A stretch of DNA of 64,000 bases from Clostridiales bacterium. GTDB taxonomy: Bacteria > Bacillota > Clostridia > Christensenellales > CAG-138. Shown here piece by piece: positions 49,459 to 58,581 of the stretch (its first letter is position 1; each line of letters begins with the position of its first letter). Below the pieces are notes generated by a model, which saw only the letters and a program-made list of their open reading frames with translations, had not been told where the DNA came from and did not search any database. Position numbers and translations under genes: made by a program. The stretch lies in contig SFDB01000004.1 in the NCBI GenBank assembly GCA_004558825.1, positions 52,678 through 116,677 of the forward strand. Reading direction: 5' to 3'.

Positions 49459-49707
49459 ATGACGTGGGAAATAGTGGCTGGCATCATAGCTCTAATAGGT
49501 GTGTTTGGTTCTGTGGCGACATGGGCAAGCAAACTTTCACGCTCGCTGTCAAATCTTGAGACAACATTAAAGAATTTAGATGAAACGTTGCAAGAACTCA
49601 AGGACACTAATCACGAGAGCCATAAGGAATTTTACAAACGGCTTAATGAGCATGATTGTAGGATTGCGAAGCTTGAAGAAAAGACCCCTTATAAGACGCA
49701 GGAGTAA
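49459..49707 (+). CDS. Small N-terminal-TM coiled-coil protein (BhlA/UviB-like architecture)
   Basis: 82 aa. GGAGG lies 11 nt upstream. One TM helix is followed by a coiled coil. A 9-bp-stem terminator follows at about 49712-49752. Confidence 0.45.
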   Translation: MTWEIVAGIIALIGVFGSVATWASKLSRSLSNLETTLKNLDETLQELKDTNHESHKEFYKRLNEHDCRIAKLEEKTPYKTQE

Positions 49708-49835
49708 AAACAGGCTGCCGCGTATGCAATAAAGCACAGCGGCAGCCGCTTTTCAATTTCATCTCAAATGACATTCGAGCACGAACAATAAGCCAAAACA
49801 ATATATTAACGCGTCGTGTTCGTTTGAGATTGCTC

Positions 49836-50191
49836 TGGTGGAGACGAGGGGAGTCGAACCCCTGTCCGAAAACCCGTCAGAAGGACTTTCTACGAGCGTA
49901 GCCTTCGTTTTGTCCTTCCCTCAAGCAAGCGCCCAAAGGCGGGCTCATGCTCTCGGTAGCTTCATGTATCTCGCCTGCCGCAAAGCTTAGGCAGGTCGGT
50001 TCCCCACATTAATGACGCCCGTATCGCATGTCGTGGGCAACGCACGGCGGACGATCGCCGCTATTTACGCAGCGATAGCAAAATTATTAGTTTCGCCAGT
50101 TAAATTTAGAATTTCCCGATTTTATCGAAGCTCGGGGCTTCGGCTCGCTTATCCGACCTCCGCGATCCCCGTCGAAACCATTTACGTCCCC
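49836..50191 (-). ncRNA. ssrA: tmRNA (SsrA)
   Basis: The 5' end GGGGACGTAAATGGTTTCGACGGGG pairs with the 3' end CGTCTCCACCA, including a G3-U wobble. A T-arm GGGGTTCGACTCCCC is present. The tag reading frame GGC GAA ACT AAT AAT TTT GCT ATC GCT GCG TAA encodes (A)GETNNFAIAA. Confidence 0.93.
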
Positions 50192-50321
50192 GGGAAGCGC
50201 TTTATCGGCGCATATGTATTATAACATGTGTCGAGCTAAATATCCATGGAATATTTGTACATTGTTGTACATGTCAAGGATATGCTCGAACGTTCGTCGC
50301 GTTCTTTGCTTTAACCGCATA

Positions 50322-51335
50322 TCACTCGCCATAACCGTTCGGATTGTTCTTTTGCCAATTCCATGCGCTGCGGCACATGTCGTCTATTGACAGTTCTGCT
50401 TTCCACCCAAGCTTTTCGAGCGCAAGCGATGCGTCGGCATAGCACGCGTCTATGTCTCCGGGCCGCCTTGGAGCTATCTTATACGGAATTCTTATGCCCG
50501 TCGCGCGTTCGAACGCCTTCACGATGTCAAGCACGCTGAAGCCGTTGCCCGTGCCAAGATTGACCGCTATAACGCCCGTGTTCTTCTGCGCATATTCGAT
50601 TGCTCTTATATGGCCTTTTGCAAGATCGACGACATGCAGATAATCCCTGACGCCCGTACCGTCATGCGTATTGTAGTCGTTGCCAAACACATTGAGATGC
50701 TCTCGGCGGCCGACCGCGACCTGCGTTATGTATGGCAGAAGGTTGTTTGGAATGCCTGTCGGGTCCTCGCCTATACGTCCGCTCTCATGCGCCCCTATCG
50801 GGTTGAAATAACGCAGAAGTACGGCGCTCATATTGCCGTCGGCCTTGGCAGTGTCTGATATTATCTGCTCTGACATATACTTCGTCCAGCCGTACGGATT
50901 CGTGCACCACCTGTCGGCGTCCTCGCGTATCGGCGTCGATTTCGGTACGCCGTATACCGTCGCGGATGATGAAAACACGATGCGCTCTACGTCGAACTCG
51001 TTCATAACCTTCAGCAGCGTCATCGTCGCGCACAAATTGTTTTGATAATACTCAAGCGGATGCTTAACCGAATCGCCAACGGCCTTTAGGCCCGCGAAAT
51101 GTACGACGCAGTCGATTTTATTTTCGGAAAACACGCGTCTGAGCGCACTTTCATCGCATACGTCTGCATTATAACATACAACGCTCCTGCCGCTTATTTC
51201 GCGTATTCTCTCGAGCACCTTTTCGGAGCTGTTGGAAAAGTTATCGATTATGACCGCATCGTAACCTGCCGCAAGCAGCTCAACGCATGTATGCGACCCT
51301 ATGTAGCCCGCGCCGCCTGTAAGCAAAACAGCCAT
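50322..51335 (-). CDS. galE: UDP-glucose 4-epimerase
   Basis: 337 aa with GGAGYIGSH and the catalytic YxxxK. Confidence 0.93.
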   Translation of the reverse strand: MAVLLTGGAGYIGSHTCVELLAAGYDAVIIDNFSNSSEKVLERIREISGRSVVCYNADVCDESALRRVFSENKIDCVVHFAGLKAVGDSVKHPLEYYQNNLCATMTLLKVMNEFDVERIVFSSSATVYGVPKSTPIREDADRWCTNPYGWTKYMSEQIISDTAKADGNMSAVLLRYFNPIGAHESGRIGEDPTGIPNNLLPYITQVAVGRREHLNVFGNDYNTHDGTGVRDYLHVVDLAKGHIRAIEYAQKNTGVIAVNLGTGNGFSVLDIVKAFERATGIRIPYKIAPRRPGDIDACYADASLALEKLGWKAELSIDDMCRSAWNWQKNNPNGYGE

Positions 51336-51350
51336 TTTATTCTCCTCCGT

Positions 51351-51908
51351 TTATTCGGAGTATACGCTCTCTTTAAGCACTCCGATATATTTTAGGTTTC
51401 TGTAGTAGCCCGCGAAGTCAAGGCCATAGCCCACAACGAACTCGTTCTCTATCTCAAATCCACAGTAGTCAGGCGTGATATCGCATTCCCTGCGCTCTTT
51501 TTTGTCGAGCAGACAGGCTATCTTCATCGACGCTGGGTTTCTCGAGCTCAGGAGCTGCGTAAGATGCTTTAGCGTAAGACCCGAGTCCATTATATCCTCG
51601 ACGATAAGCACATGCCTGTCCGTAAGGCTTATGTCGACATCCTTTGCGATTCTGACTATGCCAGAAGTTTTCGTGCTGTTGCCGTAGCTCGAAATCGACA
51701 TGAACTCGAACTCAAGCTGACAGTCCATCTCCCTCACAAGATCCGTAAAGAACGGAGCGGCGCCTTTCAGGATACATATAAGAATAACCCTTTTATCCAT
51801 ATACTCTTTTGAAAGCTGCTCGCCCATCTCTTTTACACGTTTCTTTATTTGTTCCTCCGTCAGAAGCACCTTTTTAATGTCGTCCTGCATGTTTGTGCTG
51901 ATCCTCAT
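51351..51908 (-). CDS. hpt: Hypoxanthine phosphoribosyltransferase
   Basis: 185 aa with the PRPP motif VLIVEDIMDSGLTL. Located downstream of tilS. Confidence 0.92.
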   Translation of the reverse strand: MRISTNMQDDIKKVLLTEEQIKKRVKEMGEQLSKEYMDKRVILICILKGAAPFFTDLVREMDCQLEFEFMSISSYGNSTKTSGIVRIAKDVDISLTDRHVLIVEDIMDSGLTLKHLTQLLSSRNPASMKIACLLDKKERRECDITPDYCGFEIENEFVVGYGLDFAGYYRNLKYIGVLKESVYSE

Positions 51909-51943
51909 ATATATCCTCCCATCGCCTGCGCGTTTTTATAATT

Positions 51944-53308
51944 CTACACCATGCGCAGATTTTTGTCGAACACAACCTTTGCAATATTTCGAGTTTCGTC
52001 CGTAACCTTCACGCTGTCCGCAACGCACAGTCCATATGCGTACAGCACGTTTTCCCCGAAGCATATCAGCGGCATATCACGCTCGTCGCGCGGCACTTTC
52101 TTATCAATCAAATAATCCTTGAATTTCTTGCTTCCCGAAGCGTTAAGCGGCTTGAACCTATCGCCGTCGCGTCTGTTCCGCAGCGTAAGCTTTTTTGAAG
52201 GCAGCTTATCCGCATCAAAGCACGCCGCAAACGCGCTGCGCTCAAAACGCGCGTTCTGCGCCTCAATATGTATCTTGTAGCCGCCGAACTCAAACAATGC
52301 GTTCTCGCCTACATTGATATCCACCGAAAGCGCTTCCATGCTCCTCCTTTTCCCGAATATCAGCCTGCCATAGCTTACGGCAACGCTGCCGTGCGGCACA
52401 TCTATGCTTGCACCCGTGCGCATATGCATAAGCTCCTCCGTCATATCAACATGCTTTTTTTCTATGTCTGTCAGCATTCCCGCCCGCTCGAATGCAATTC
52501 GTATCGCCCGCGTCAGTATCGGATGCGCAGCGCACGCCATACGTTCGACACAATAGCCCCCGCCGTCATACGACGAATTGAGCAGTTCCTCCGCCTCCGC
52601 GCGCAAATGTGCCTCATCCTCCGAAAGCAGCCGCGCCGTGCCGCAAAGCGACGGAATTATTGCGGGCGCAATGTTTTTTTCAATATACGGCAGCAGCTCG
52701 AGACGTATTTTGTTGCGCGTCCCGAACGCATCGAAATTCGTATCGTCCGTCATAAATTCGCAGCCCGTTTCGCGGATGAACGCCTCTATATCCATGCGGC
52801 GCACGTCAAGGAGCGGCCTGATTATCCGTCCTCGCACGCCGCTCATTCCCGTCAGCCCCTTCAGCCCGCTGCCACGCATAAGATGCATAAGCACGCTTTC
52901 CGCCTGATCGTCCATATGATGCGCAACGGCAATAAAATCCGCCCCGCTCTCGCGGCGCGCACGCTCCAAAAAGGCATAGCGCATATCGCGCGCCGCCTGT
53001 TCGAGCGTCTTTCCGCTCTCCAAAGCATATCGAGGGACATCGTCTCCGTAAGCAAATATCTTTATGCCAAGCTTAACGCAAAGCGCTTTCACAAACTCTT
53101 CATCTCTGTCCGCAGCCGCTCCGCGTATATGATGGTTAAAATGCGCGGCACTGACGGCTATATTCAGCCCGCCGCTCAACGAAACAAGCGCATTCACGAG
53201 CGCGACGGAATCCGCCCCTCCGGAGAGTCCGACAATTATCGACGAGCCGCAGATGCCGTTGCTTTCAATAAAGTGCCTCACGGCTTCCAAAACAACGCTT
53301 TTTCCCAT
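51944..53308 (-). CDS. tilS: tRNA(Ile)-lysidine synthetase
   Basis: 454 aa with the PP-loop SGGADS. Confidence 0.88.
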   Translation of the reverse strand: MGKSVVLEAVRHFIESNGICGSSIIVGLSGGADSVALVNALVSLSGGLNIAVSAAHFNHHIRGAAADRDEEFVKALCVKLGIKIFAYGDDVPRYALESGKTLEQAARDMRYAFLERARRESGADFIAVAHHMDDQAESVLMHLMRGSGLKGLTGMSGVRGRIIRPLLDVRRMDIEAFIRETGCEFMTDDTNFDAFGTRNKIRLELLPYIEKNIAPAIIPSLCGTARLLSEDEAHLRAEAEELLNSSYDGGGYCVERMACAAHPILTRAIRIAFERAGMLTDIEKKHVDMTEELMHMRTGASIDVPHGSVAVSYGRLIFGKRRSMEALSVDINVGENALFEFGGYKIHIEAQNARFERSAFAACFDADKLPSKKLTLRNRRDGDRFKPLNASGSKKFKDYLIDKKVPRDERDMPLICFGENVLYAYGLCVADSVKVTDETRNIAKVVFDKNLRMV

Positions 53309-53437
53309 ACACTGAGTATAAACTTATGCACGCCGTTTGACAAGCCTAAGGCCGACGCATATAATTAATAGAAATATGGGGATTGTGCGGGGGCAAAGCT
53401 TCGCTGCCATTTCCCCGCCATCCGAAGGAGATTACCT

Positions 53438-54526
53438 ATGAAGCTTGGCGTTGTAGGTTTGCCGAATGTAGGCAAAAGTACGCTGTTTAACGCTTTAACG
53501 CAGGCCGGTGCGCAGTCCGCGAACTATCCGTTCTGCACAATCGACCCAAATGTCGGCGTAGTCCCCGTCCCTGACGAGCGGCTCGACGTACTCGCAAAAA
53601 TGTATAATCCTGAAAAGCTCACGCCCACAACGATAGAGTTTGTCGACATTGCGGGACTCGTGCGCGGTGCGTATAAAGGTGAGGGCTTGGGCAATAAGTT
53701 CCTTTCGCATATCCGAGAAGTAGATGCCATCGTCCATGTCGTTCGCTGCTTTGAGGACTCAAACATCGTCCATGTCGACGGCTCTATCGATCCCGTGCGC
53801 GATATGGAGACGATAAATCTCGAGCTTATTTTCGCCGATATGGAGATGATTGACCGCCGCATCGACAGAGCCATGAAGAGCTCAAAAAGCGGCGATAAAA
53901 AATTTCTGAATGAAGCTGAGTTTTATAAACGCATAAAGGCGCGCCTCGAGAACGGAAAACCCGTGCGCGGAATGGAGCTTTCAAATGAAGAGGCCGAAAT
54001 ATTGCCATCGCTTTTCCTTCTGACGTCCAAGCCGGTCATATACGTTGCCAACGTCGACGAGGAAGGGCTCATAGATGACAACGATATGGTAAAGGCAGTT
54101 TTCGCCGCCGCCAAGGCTGAAAACGCCGAGGCACTCAAGATCTGCGCTCAAATAGAGGAGGAAATATCAGAACTTCCCGCCGATGAAAAAGCTCAATTTT
54201 TGAGTGAAATGGGCATAGGCGAAAGCGGCCTCGACAGACTTGTCAAGGCGTGCTACCGCTTGCTCGGGCTCATAAGCTATCTCACCGCCGGCCCCAAAGA
54301 GGTGCGCGCGTGGACCATTGAAAACGGCACGAAGGCTCCGCAGGCGGCAGGCAAAATACACTCCGATTTTGAACGCGGCTTCATACGCGCCGAGGTCGTC
54401 CACTACGACACACTAATGGAAAACGGCACCATGCAGGCCTGTAAGGAAAAAGGTCTCATCCGCTCAGAGGGCAAGGATTACGTCATGCGTGACGGAGACA
54501 TTGTTCTTTTCAGGTTCAATGTTTGA
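53438..54526 (+). CDS. ychF: Ribosome-binding (redox-regulated) ATPase YchF
   Basis: 362 aa with GLPNVGKST and a C-terminal TGS-like domain. Confidence 0.95.
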   Translation: MKLGVVGLPNVGKSTLFNALTQAGAQSANYPFCTIDPNVGVVPVPDERLDVLAKMYNPEKLTPTTIEFVDIAGLVRGAYKGEGLGNKFLSHIREVDAIVHVVRCFEDSNIVHVDGSIDPVRDMETINLELIFADMEMIDRRIDRAMKSSKSGDKKFLNEAEFYKRIKARLENGKPVRGMELSNEEAEILPSLFLLTSKPVIYVANVDEEGLIDDNDMVKAVFAAAKAENAEALKICAQIEEEISELPADEKAQFLSEMGIGESGLDRLVKACYRLLGLISYLTAGPKEVRAWTIENGTKAPQAAGKIHSDFERGFIRAEVVHYDTLMENGTMQACKEKGLIRSEGKDYVMRDGDIVLFRFNV

Positions 54527-54560
54527 TATAATTTAATTAGCTGTAAAAAGGAGAATCACA

Positions 54561-54803
54561 ATGCATCACACATACACACCGAAGGGCGTTTGCTCTACAA
54601 AAATTGAGTTTGACATTGTAGACGGGGTGCTTCATAACGTCGTCTATCAAAGCGGCTGCAACGGAAACCTTCAGGCCGTTGGCCGTCTCGTCGAAGGTAT
54701 GGACGCGAAGGAAGCCGTAGCTCGCCTCAAAGGCATCAAGTGCGGCTCGAAGGGTACATCGTGTGCCGATCAGCTCGCAACCGCCATCGAGTTAACTATA
54801 TAA
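54561..54803 (+). CDS. TSCPD-domain protein (TIGR03905-like)
   Basis: 80 aa with the motifs GCNGNLQA and GTSCADQLA. Confidence 0.75.
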   Translation: MHHTYTPKGVCSTKIEFDIVDGVLHNVVYQSGCNGNLQAVGRLVEGMDAKEAVARLKGIKCGSKGTSCADQLATAIELTI

Positions 54804-54844
54804 TCGTATTCGAGCTGAATCAATGGCAGCGGAGGTGAACGCCC

Positions 54845-55819
54845 ATGGGCAGAATGAACCTTCTTGACAATTTAATCAATCCCGCCGCCAATCAGGTCGA
54901 GGGCTACTGCATAATCAAGTCAGTGCAGGTAAAAAGCAACGTTAAGGGAGCGGATTATCTGGACATGATGCTTGCCGATGCGGGCGGCGAAATCAACGCG
55001 AAGCTCTGGGATTATTCACTTGAACAGCACGGAGTCTACAAGCCGCAGACCGTTATAAAGGTGCGCGGTACGATAACGTATTTTAAGGACGCCGAGCAGC
55101 TCAAGATAGATAGAATCCGAAACACCAACAAGGGCGACAGCATCGACATGAGCCGGCTCATACCGTGCGCCCCGTTCGACTGCGATGCAATGTTCAGGCG
55201 CGTCTATTCCGTAAGCGAAGGCTTCAAAAATGAAGAGCTGAAGAGAATAACGCAGCATCTTCTTTTGAAAAATCGCGAGCGTCTTACAGTATATCCGGCG
55301 GCGCTGAAGCTCCACCACGCTCAGCGCGGCGGACTGATGTTCCACACGCTGACGATGCTTAAATCCGCCGAAGGCATAATGAACGCCTACGTTGAAATAT
55401 ACCCATCGCTCTGCCGCGACCTTGTAAACGCCGGCATAATACTCCACGACATCGCAAAGCTCGACGAGCTCAACGTCGGCGAAATCGGGCTTGCAATCGG
55501 CTATTCAGCACAGGGGCAGCTTTTAGGCCATATATCTATGGGCGCGACAATAATTTCTGATGCCGCGAAGGAGCTTGATATAAGCGAAAAAACGTCAATG
55601 CTCCTCATGCACATAATGCTCTCGCACCACGGCGTCCCCGAATTCGGCAGCCCTCGTATGCCAATGTTCCCCGAAGCCGAGATAGTCAGCGAGGTCGACC
55701 ATCTCGACGCAAAGCTGTTCACGATGTATTCAACTCTCGACGGCGTTGAAACAGGCGACTTTTCTGAGCGTGTATGGTCGCTCGACAATAGGCAGCTCTA
55801 TAATCACGGACTTAGTTAA
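54845..55819 (+). CDS. yhaM: YhaM-type 3'-5' exoribonuclease (OB fold plus HD domain)
   Basis: 324 aa with an N-terminal OB fold and an HD domain (HDIAK ... HH). Confidence 0.8.
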   Translation: MGRMNLLDNLINPAANQVEGYCIIKSVQVKSNVKGADYLDMMLADAGGEINAKLWDYSLEQHGVYKPQTVIKVRGTITYFKDAEQLKIDRIRNTNKGDSIDMSRLIPCAPFDCDAMFRRVYSVSEGFKNEELKRITQHLLLKNRERLTVYPAALKLHHAQRGGLMFHTLTMLKSAEGIMNAYVEIYPSLCRDLVNAGIILHDIAKLDELNVGEIGLAIGYSAQGQLLGHISMGATIISDAAKELDISEKTSMLLMHIMLSHHGVPEFGSPRMPMFPEAEIVSEVDHLDAKLFTMYSTLDGVETGDFSERVWSLDNRQLYNHGLS

Positions 55820-56450
55820 AGGAAACGATTTCATCGAATAAAACACATATCGGCTCGGTATCGATCGGTTCAAACGACGCGATGCCGAGCATGTATTTTT
55901 TTAATTTCAACTTGTCGAAGCACTTCAAATATGCCGTTTTATTGCCGCACCTCACCTCTTCTTCAAGCACGGAGAATGAAGCCGGTCCCATTGAAAACCC
56001 CTTTCCCGTAAGCTTCATAAGGCTCTCCTTAAGCACCCATGTTCTAAAAAACGCTTCTTCCTTTGCCTTTGCATCGAGCCGCAAAAACGCCTCGAACTCC
56101 GCATCCGTCATTATTCGCCGCGCTGCCGCAGGCCGCAGACGGTCCACATGCTGTATGTCCGTTCCTACCTCGCGGTCCGATATGGCGCACGCAACGGCCT
56201 CTTCGGAATGCGATAAAGAAAACTCAGGCAGCGACGCGTCGCTGAAGCGCGGCTTGCCAAAGCCCCCGCACTCGATCTCAAGCCCCGTGACATCTATGCC
56301 GCACGTTTTTTTCATCGCGTATCGTAAGAGCATTTCCGCACCAAGCATCTCTATCCTGCCGCGCCTGTTGGTCATTGCGTCAAGCTTTCGTCGCCTGTAC
56401 CCGCTCATATTCGCCTCAAAATCGAGTCCTGCCGCATCGGCGCCGCGCAT
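55812..56450 (-). CDS. Sfp-type 4'-phosphopantetheinyl transferase (start uncertain)
   Basis: Carries FSLSHS, GTDIQ and W.LKES..K..G. The in-frame upstream sequence IKLFYCD suggests the true start may be a few codons earlier. Confidence 0.78.
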   Translation of the reverse strand: MRGADAAGLDFEANMSGYRRRKLDAMTNRRGRIEMLGAEMLLRYAMKKTCGIDVTGLEIECGGFGKPRFSDASLPEFSLSHSEEAVACAISDREVGTDIQHVDRLRPAAARRIMTDAEFEAFLRLDAKAKEEAFFRTWVLKESLMKLTGKGFSMGPASFSVLEEEVRCGNKTAYLKCFDKLKLKKYMLGIASFEPIDTEPICVLFDEIVSFN

Positions 56451-56562
56451 ATCGCAGTAGAATAGCTTTATTCCTTCCGTACGCCTTCACCTCCTGTCGC
56501 GTTGCCAGCCATGTTATCCCGATGGTATAATGATACCATAAACCGAAAAGGAAGTGTTTATT

Positions 56563-57603
56563 ATGAAAAACAGATTACTAATCGCGTTCGCTCTCATGCT
56601 TATTTCTGTGCTCACGCTTTGCTCATGCGTGGTAATAGATATACCTGACGATTTTTCGAGCATAAGCGGATTTATTGCAGGTGATGACAAATACGACGCG
56701 TTCGTCCCCGTCAAGGAGGAAACCATTGACAGCGCCGTAACGTCGCTCGAAATATCGTGGGGCGCGAATAACGTCACTTTTAAGACAAGCAGTGACGATT
56801 CCGTGAAGATTGTGCAGCTCGCCTCTCCCGAATTCGACACTTCAAACTGCTTCAATTATGAGCTTGACGACACCGAGCTTACCATAAGGGACGGACGCGG
56901 CACCGGCTTTTTCAAAAACTGGTCAAGCCTCAAGTCATCCCTTCGCGCAACGAACATAGAAATTTATCTTCCGGCATCCCCTTTGAATTCTCTCGCCGTC
57001 AAGTCTGCCTCAGCGGCCGTGTGCGCTGACGATCTTAGCGCCAAGGCCCTCGACCTTGACATAGCTTCGGGCAGCGTCGACATAACGGGCGCTATCGAAA
57101 ACATAGACGCCGATGTTGCTTCAGGCAATGTCGAGCTCACCGTCATCGGTGATTGCGGCAACGTATCGCTCGACGTAGCTTCGGGCAGCGTGACGCTTAG
57201 CGTTTCGGGGATCTGCTCCGTACTCGACGCCGAGGAGGCCTCGGGCAGTATCAGTGTTTCTGCCGACAGCATAAATTCAATAGATTTTTCCTGTGCTTCG
57301 GGCAAATTCTCATGCGTCGCAAATAAGGCCGACGTAGTCGATGCCGATATCACAAGCGGCAGCGCCGAGCTTTCGTTTGCGGCTGCGCCCGCCTCTATAA
57401 AGGCTGAAACGACATCCGGTTCAATCGTTTTTACTCTTCCTGCCGATACGGGCTTCACTGCAAAATTCGACGGCGCTTCGAGCGGGTTTAAATCCGACTT
57501 TGCGGTCAAAAAGGAAGCTGATATGTATATTTGCGGCGACGGTGCGAACAGTTATTGGTTCAAGGCTGCCAGCGGCATTGTAAAACTAAAAATTGCCGAT
57601 TAA
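56563..57603 (+). CDS. Lipoprotein with DUF4097-type beta-strand repeats
   Basis: The ATG at 56563 lies after AAGGAAG. A signal peptide with a lipobox-like LTLCSC is present. The protein has tandem ASGSV/ASGNV units of about 20 aa. Confidence 0.75.
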   Translation: MKNRLLIAFALMLISVLTLCSCVVIDIPDDFSSISGFIAGDDKYDAFVPVKEETIDSAVTSLEISWGANNVTFKTSSDDSVKIVQLASPEFDTSNCFNYELDDTELTIRDGRGTGFFKNWSSLKSSLRATNIEIYLPASPLNSLAVKSASAAVCADDLSAKALDLDIASGSVDITGAIENIDADVASGNVELTVIGDCGNVSLDVASGSVTLSVSGICSVLDAEEASGSISVSADSINSIDFSCASGKFSCVANKADVVDADITSGSAELSFAAAPASIKAETTSGSIVFTLPADTGFTAKFDGASSGFKSDFAVKKEADMYICGDGANSYWFKAASGIVKLKIAD

Positions 57604-57950
57604 AAATCAGCATACGGCATATACTATCAAATGGCGGCGGCGAAATGCTGCCGCTATTCTGATTTTTGCATATTTTCCCTCCGAAAAGGCTTTCGGGCGG
57701 CAAGCACGGCAGGTTTGAAATCATATTTATTTGTATGCCTCACATAATATGCGTTATTTTTCAGTTTTGAATCTAACTGAACCGAGTTATTTCACAAATT
57801 TTGAATTAAATCAATTTGTTTCCTCTAATATTATCGTGTATATCGGACAAATTATAACTACCGCAGCGGAAAAAGCGAAGCACGCCTTGCAGTATGAATT
57901 AGACTGCGCCGTTGCGTAACGATACATCCCGATCAAGGAGGTGAAAGTAA

Positions 57951-58145
57951 ATGGCACGCAAAAGAATCATGGTTCCGGAATCGAAGCAGACAATGGAGTC
58001 CTTTAAGACCGAGGTTGCCAATTCTCTTAACGTTAATCTCAAGCAGGGCTACAACGGTGACTTGACATCGAAGGAAGCCGGCTCAATCGGCGGCGAAATG
58101 GTCAAGCGCATGATAGCGTACGCCGAGAGCAACATGCCTAAGTAA
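57951..58145 (+). CDS. Alpha/beta-type small acid-soluble spore protein
   Basis: 64 aa with FKTEVANSLNV ... GSIGGEMVKRMI. RBS AAGGAGGTGAAA is present. Confidence 0.92.
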   Translation: MARKRIMVPESKQTMESFKTEVANSLNVNLKQGYNGDLTSKEAGSIGGEMVKRMIAYAESNMPK

Positions 58146-58320
58146 GGCAGTTCTCTCTTATAATGCGGTATGTAACAGCCAAGGCTACGAATTTGTTGAT
58201 GCGATTCTTCCGTTTAATCAATAGGCGGGCTGAGGGCTAAAAGCGAAAACGGTTCAGAGCTGTTGCGTACACGCGGCCAAAACGGTTTGTCCCAAAAATA
58301 CAAGAAGGAGGTGAAACACA

Positions 58321-58527
58321 ATGGCAAGCAGCAACAACAGAAGCAGGAAGGCTCAGCTTCAGTCTTTCAAGACAGAGGTAGCCAACTCGATGAACGTCAA
58401 CCTCAAGCAGGGTTATAACGGCGACATCACGGCTCGCGAAGCAGGCTCAATCGGCGGCGAAATGGTTAAGCGCATGATAGCTTATGCCGAGCAGAACATG
58501 AGCAACAGCGACAATATGATGAAATAA
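58321..58527 (+). CDS. Alpha/beta-type small acid-soluble spore protein (paralog)
   Basis: 68 aa with the same core motifs and the same RBS as the neighbouring gene. Confidence 0.92.
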   Translation: MASSNNRSRKAQLQSFKTEVANSMNVNLKQGYNGDITAREAGSIGGEMVKRMIAYAEQNMSNSDNMMK

Positions 58528-58544
58528 TTACCCACGGATATAAG

Positions 58545-58581
58545 GCGCCCCTTCAGAAATTGACGGGGCGCTTTAATTTTT
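58545..58581. terminator. Bidirectional terminator between the SASP gene and the convergent glmL-like gene
   Basis: The stem GCGCCCC / GGGGCGC (58545-58571) is followed by TTTAATTTTT. Confidence 0.6.

Larger units (their letters stand above)
46243..49835. mobile_element. Decayed integrative/mobilisable element remnant abutting the 3' end of ssrA
   Basis: Visibly AT-richer than the flanks (judged by eye, not computed). Contains a truncated mobC, integrase fragments, an Xre regulator, a lipoprotein, holin-like ORFs and orphan terminators (46531-46570 and 46635-46673). Confidence 0.65.

Noticed and set aside
46243-49835. Intact prophage or ICE with att duplication
   Set aside because: It is too small, and the integrase and mobC are fragments. 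I found no direct repeat of the tmRNA 3' end by eye. It is called a remnant only.
56451-56475. Non-ATG (ATA) start for the PPTase a few codons upstream of 56450
   Set aside because: The in-frame IKLFYCD looks like a PPTase N-terminus, but the SD-like GGAAGGA is only 1 nt from the ATA. The start is left as uncertain rather than claimed.
56964-57509. Periodic DNA repeats, considered as possible CRISPR or tandem repeats
   Set aside because: The periodicity is protein-level (ASGSV beta-strand repeats of the DUF4097 lipoprotein). The units are degenerate at the DNA level and have no spacer architecture.
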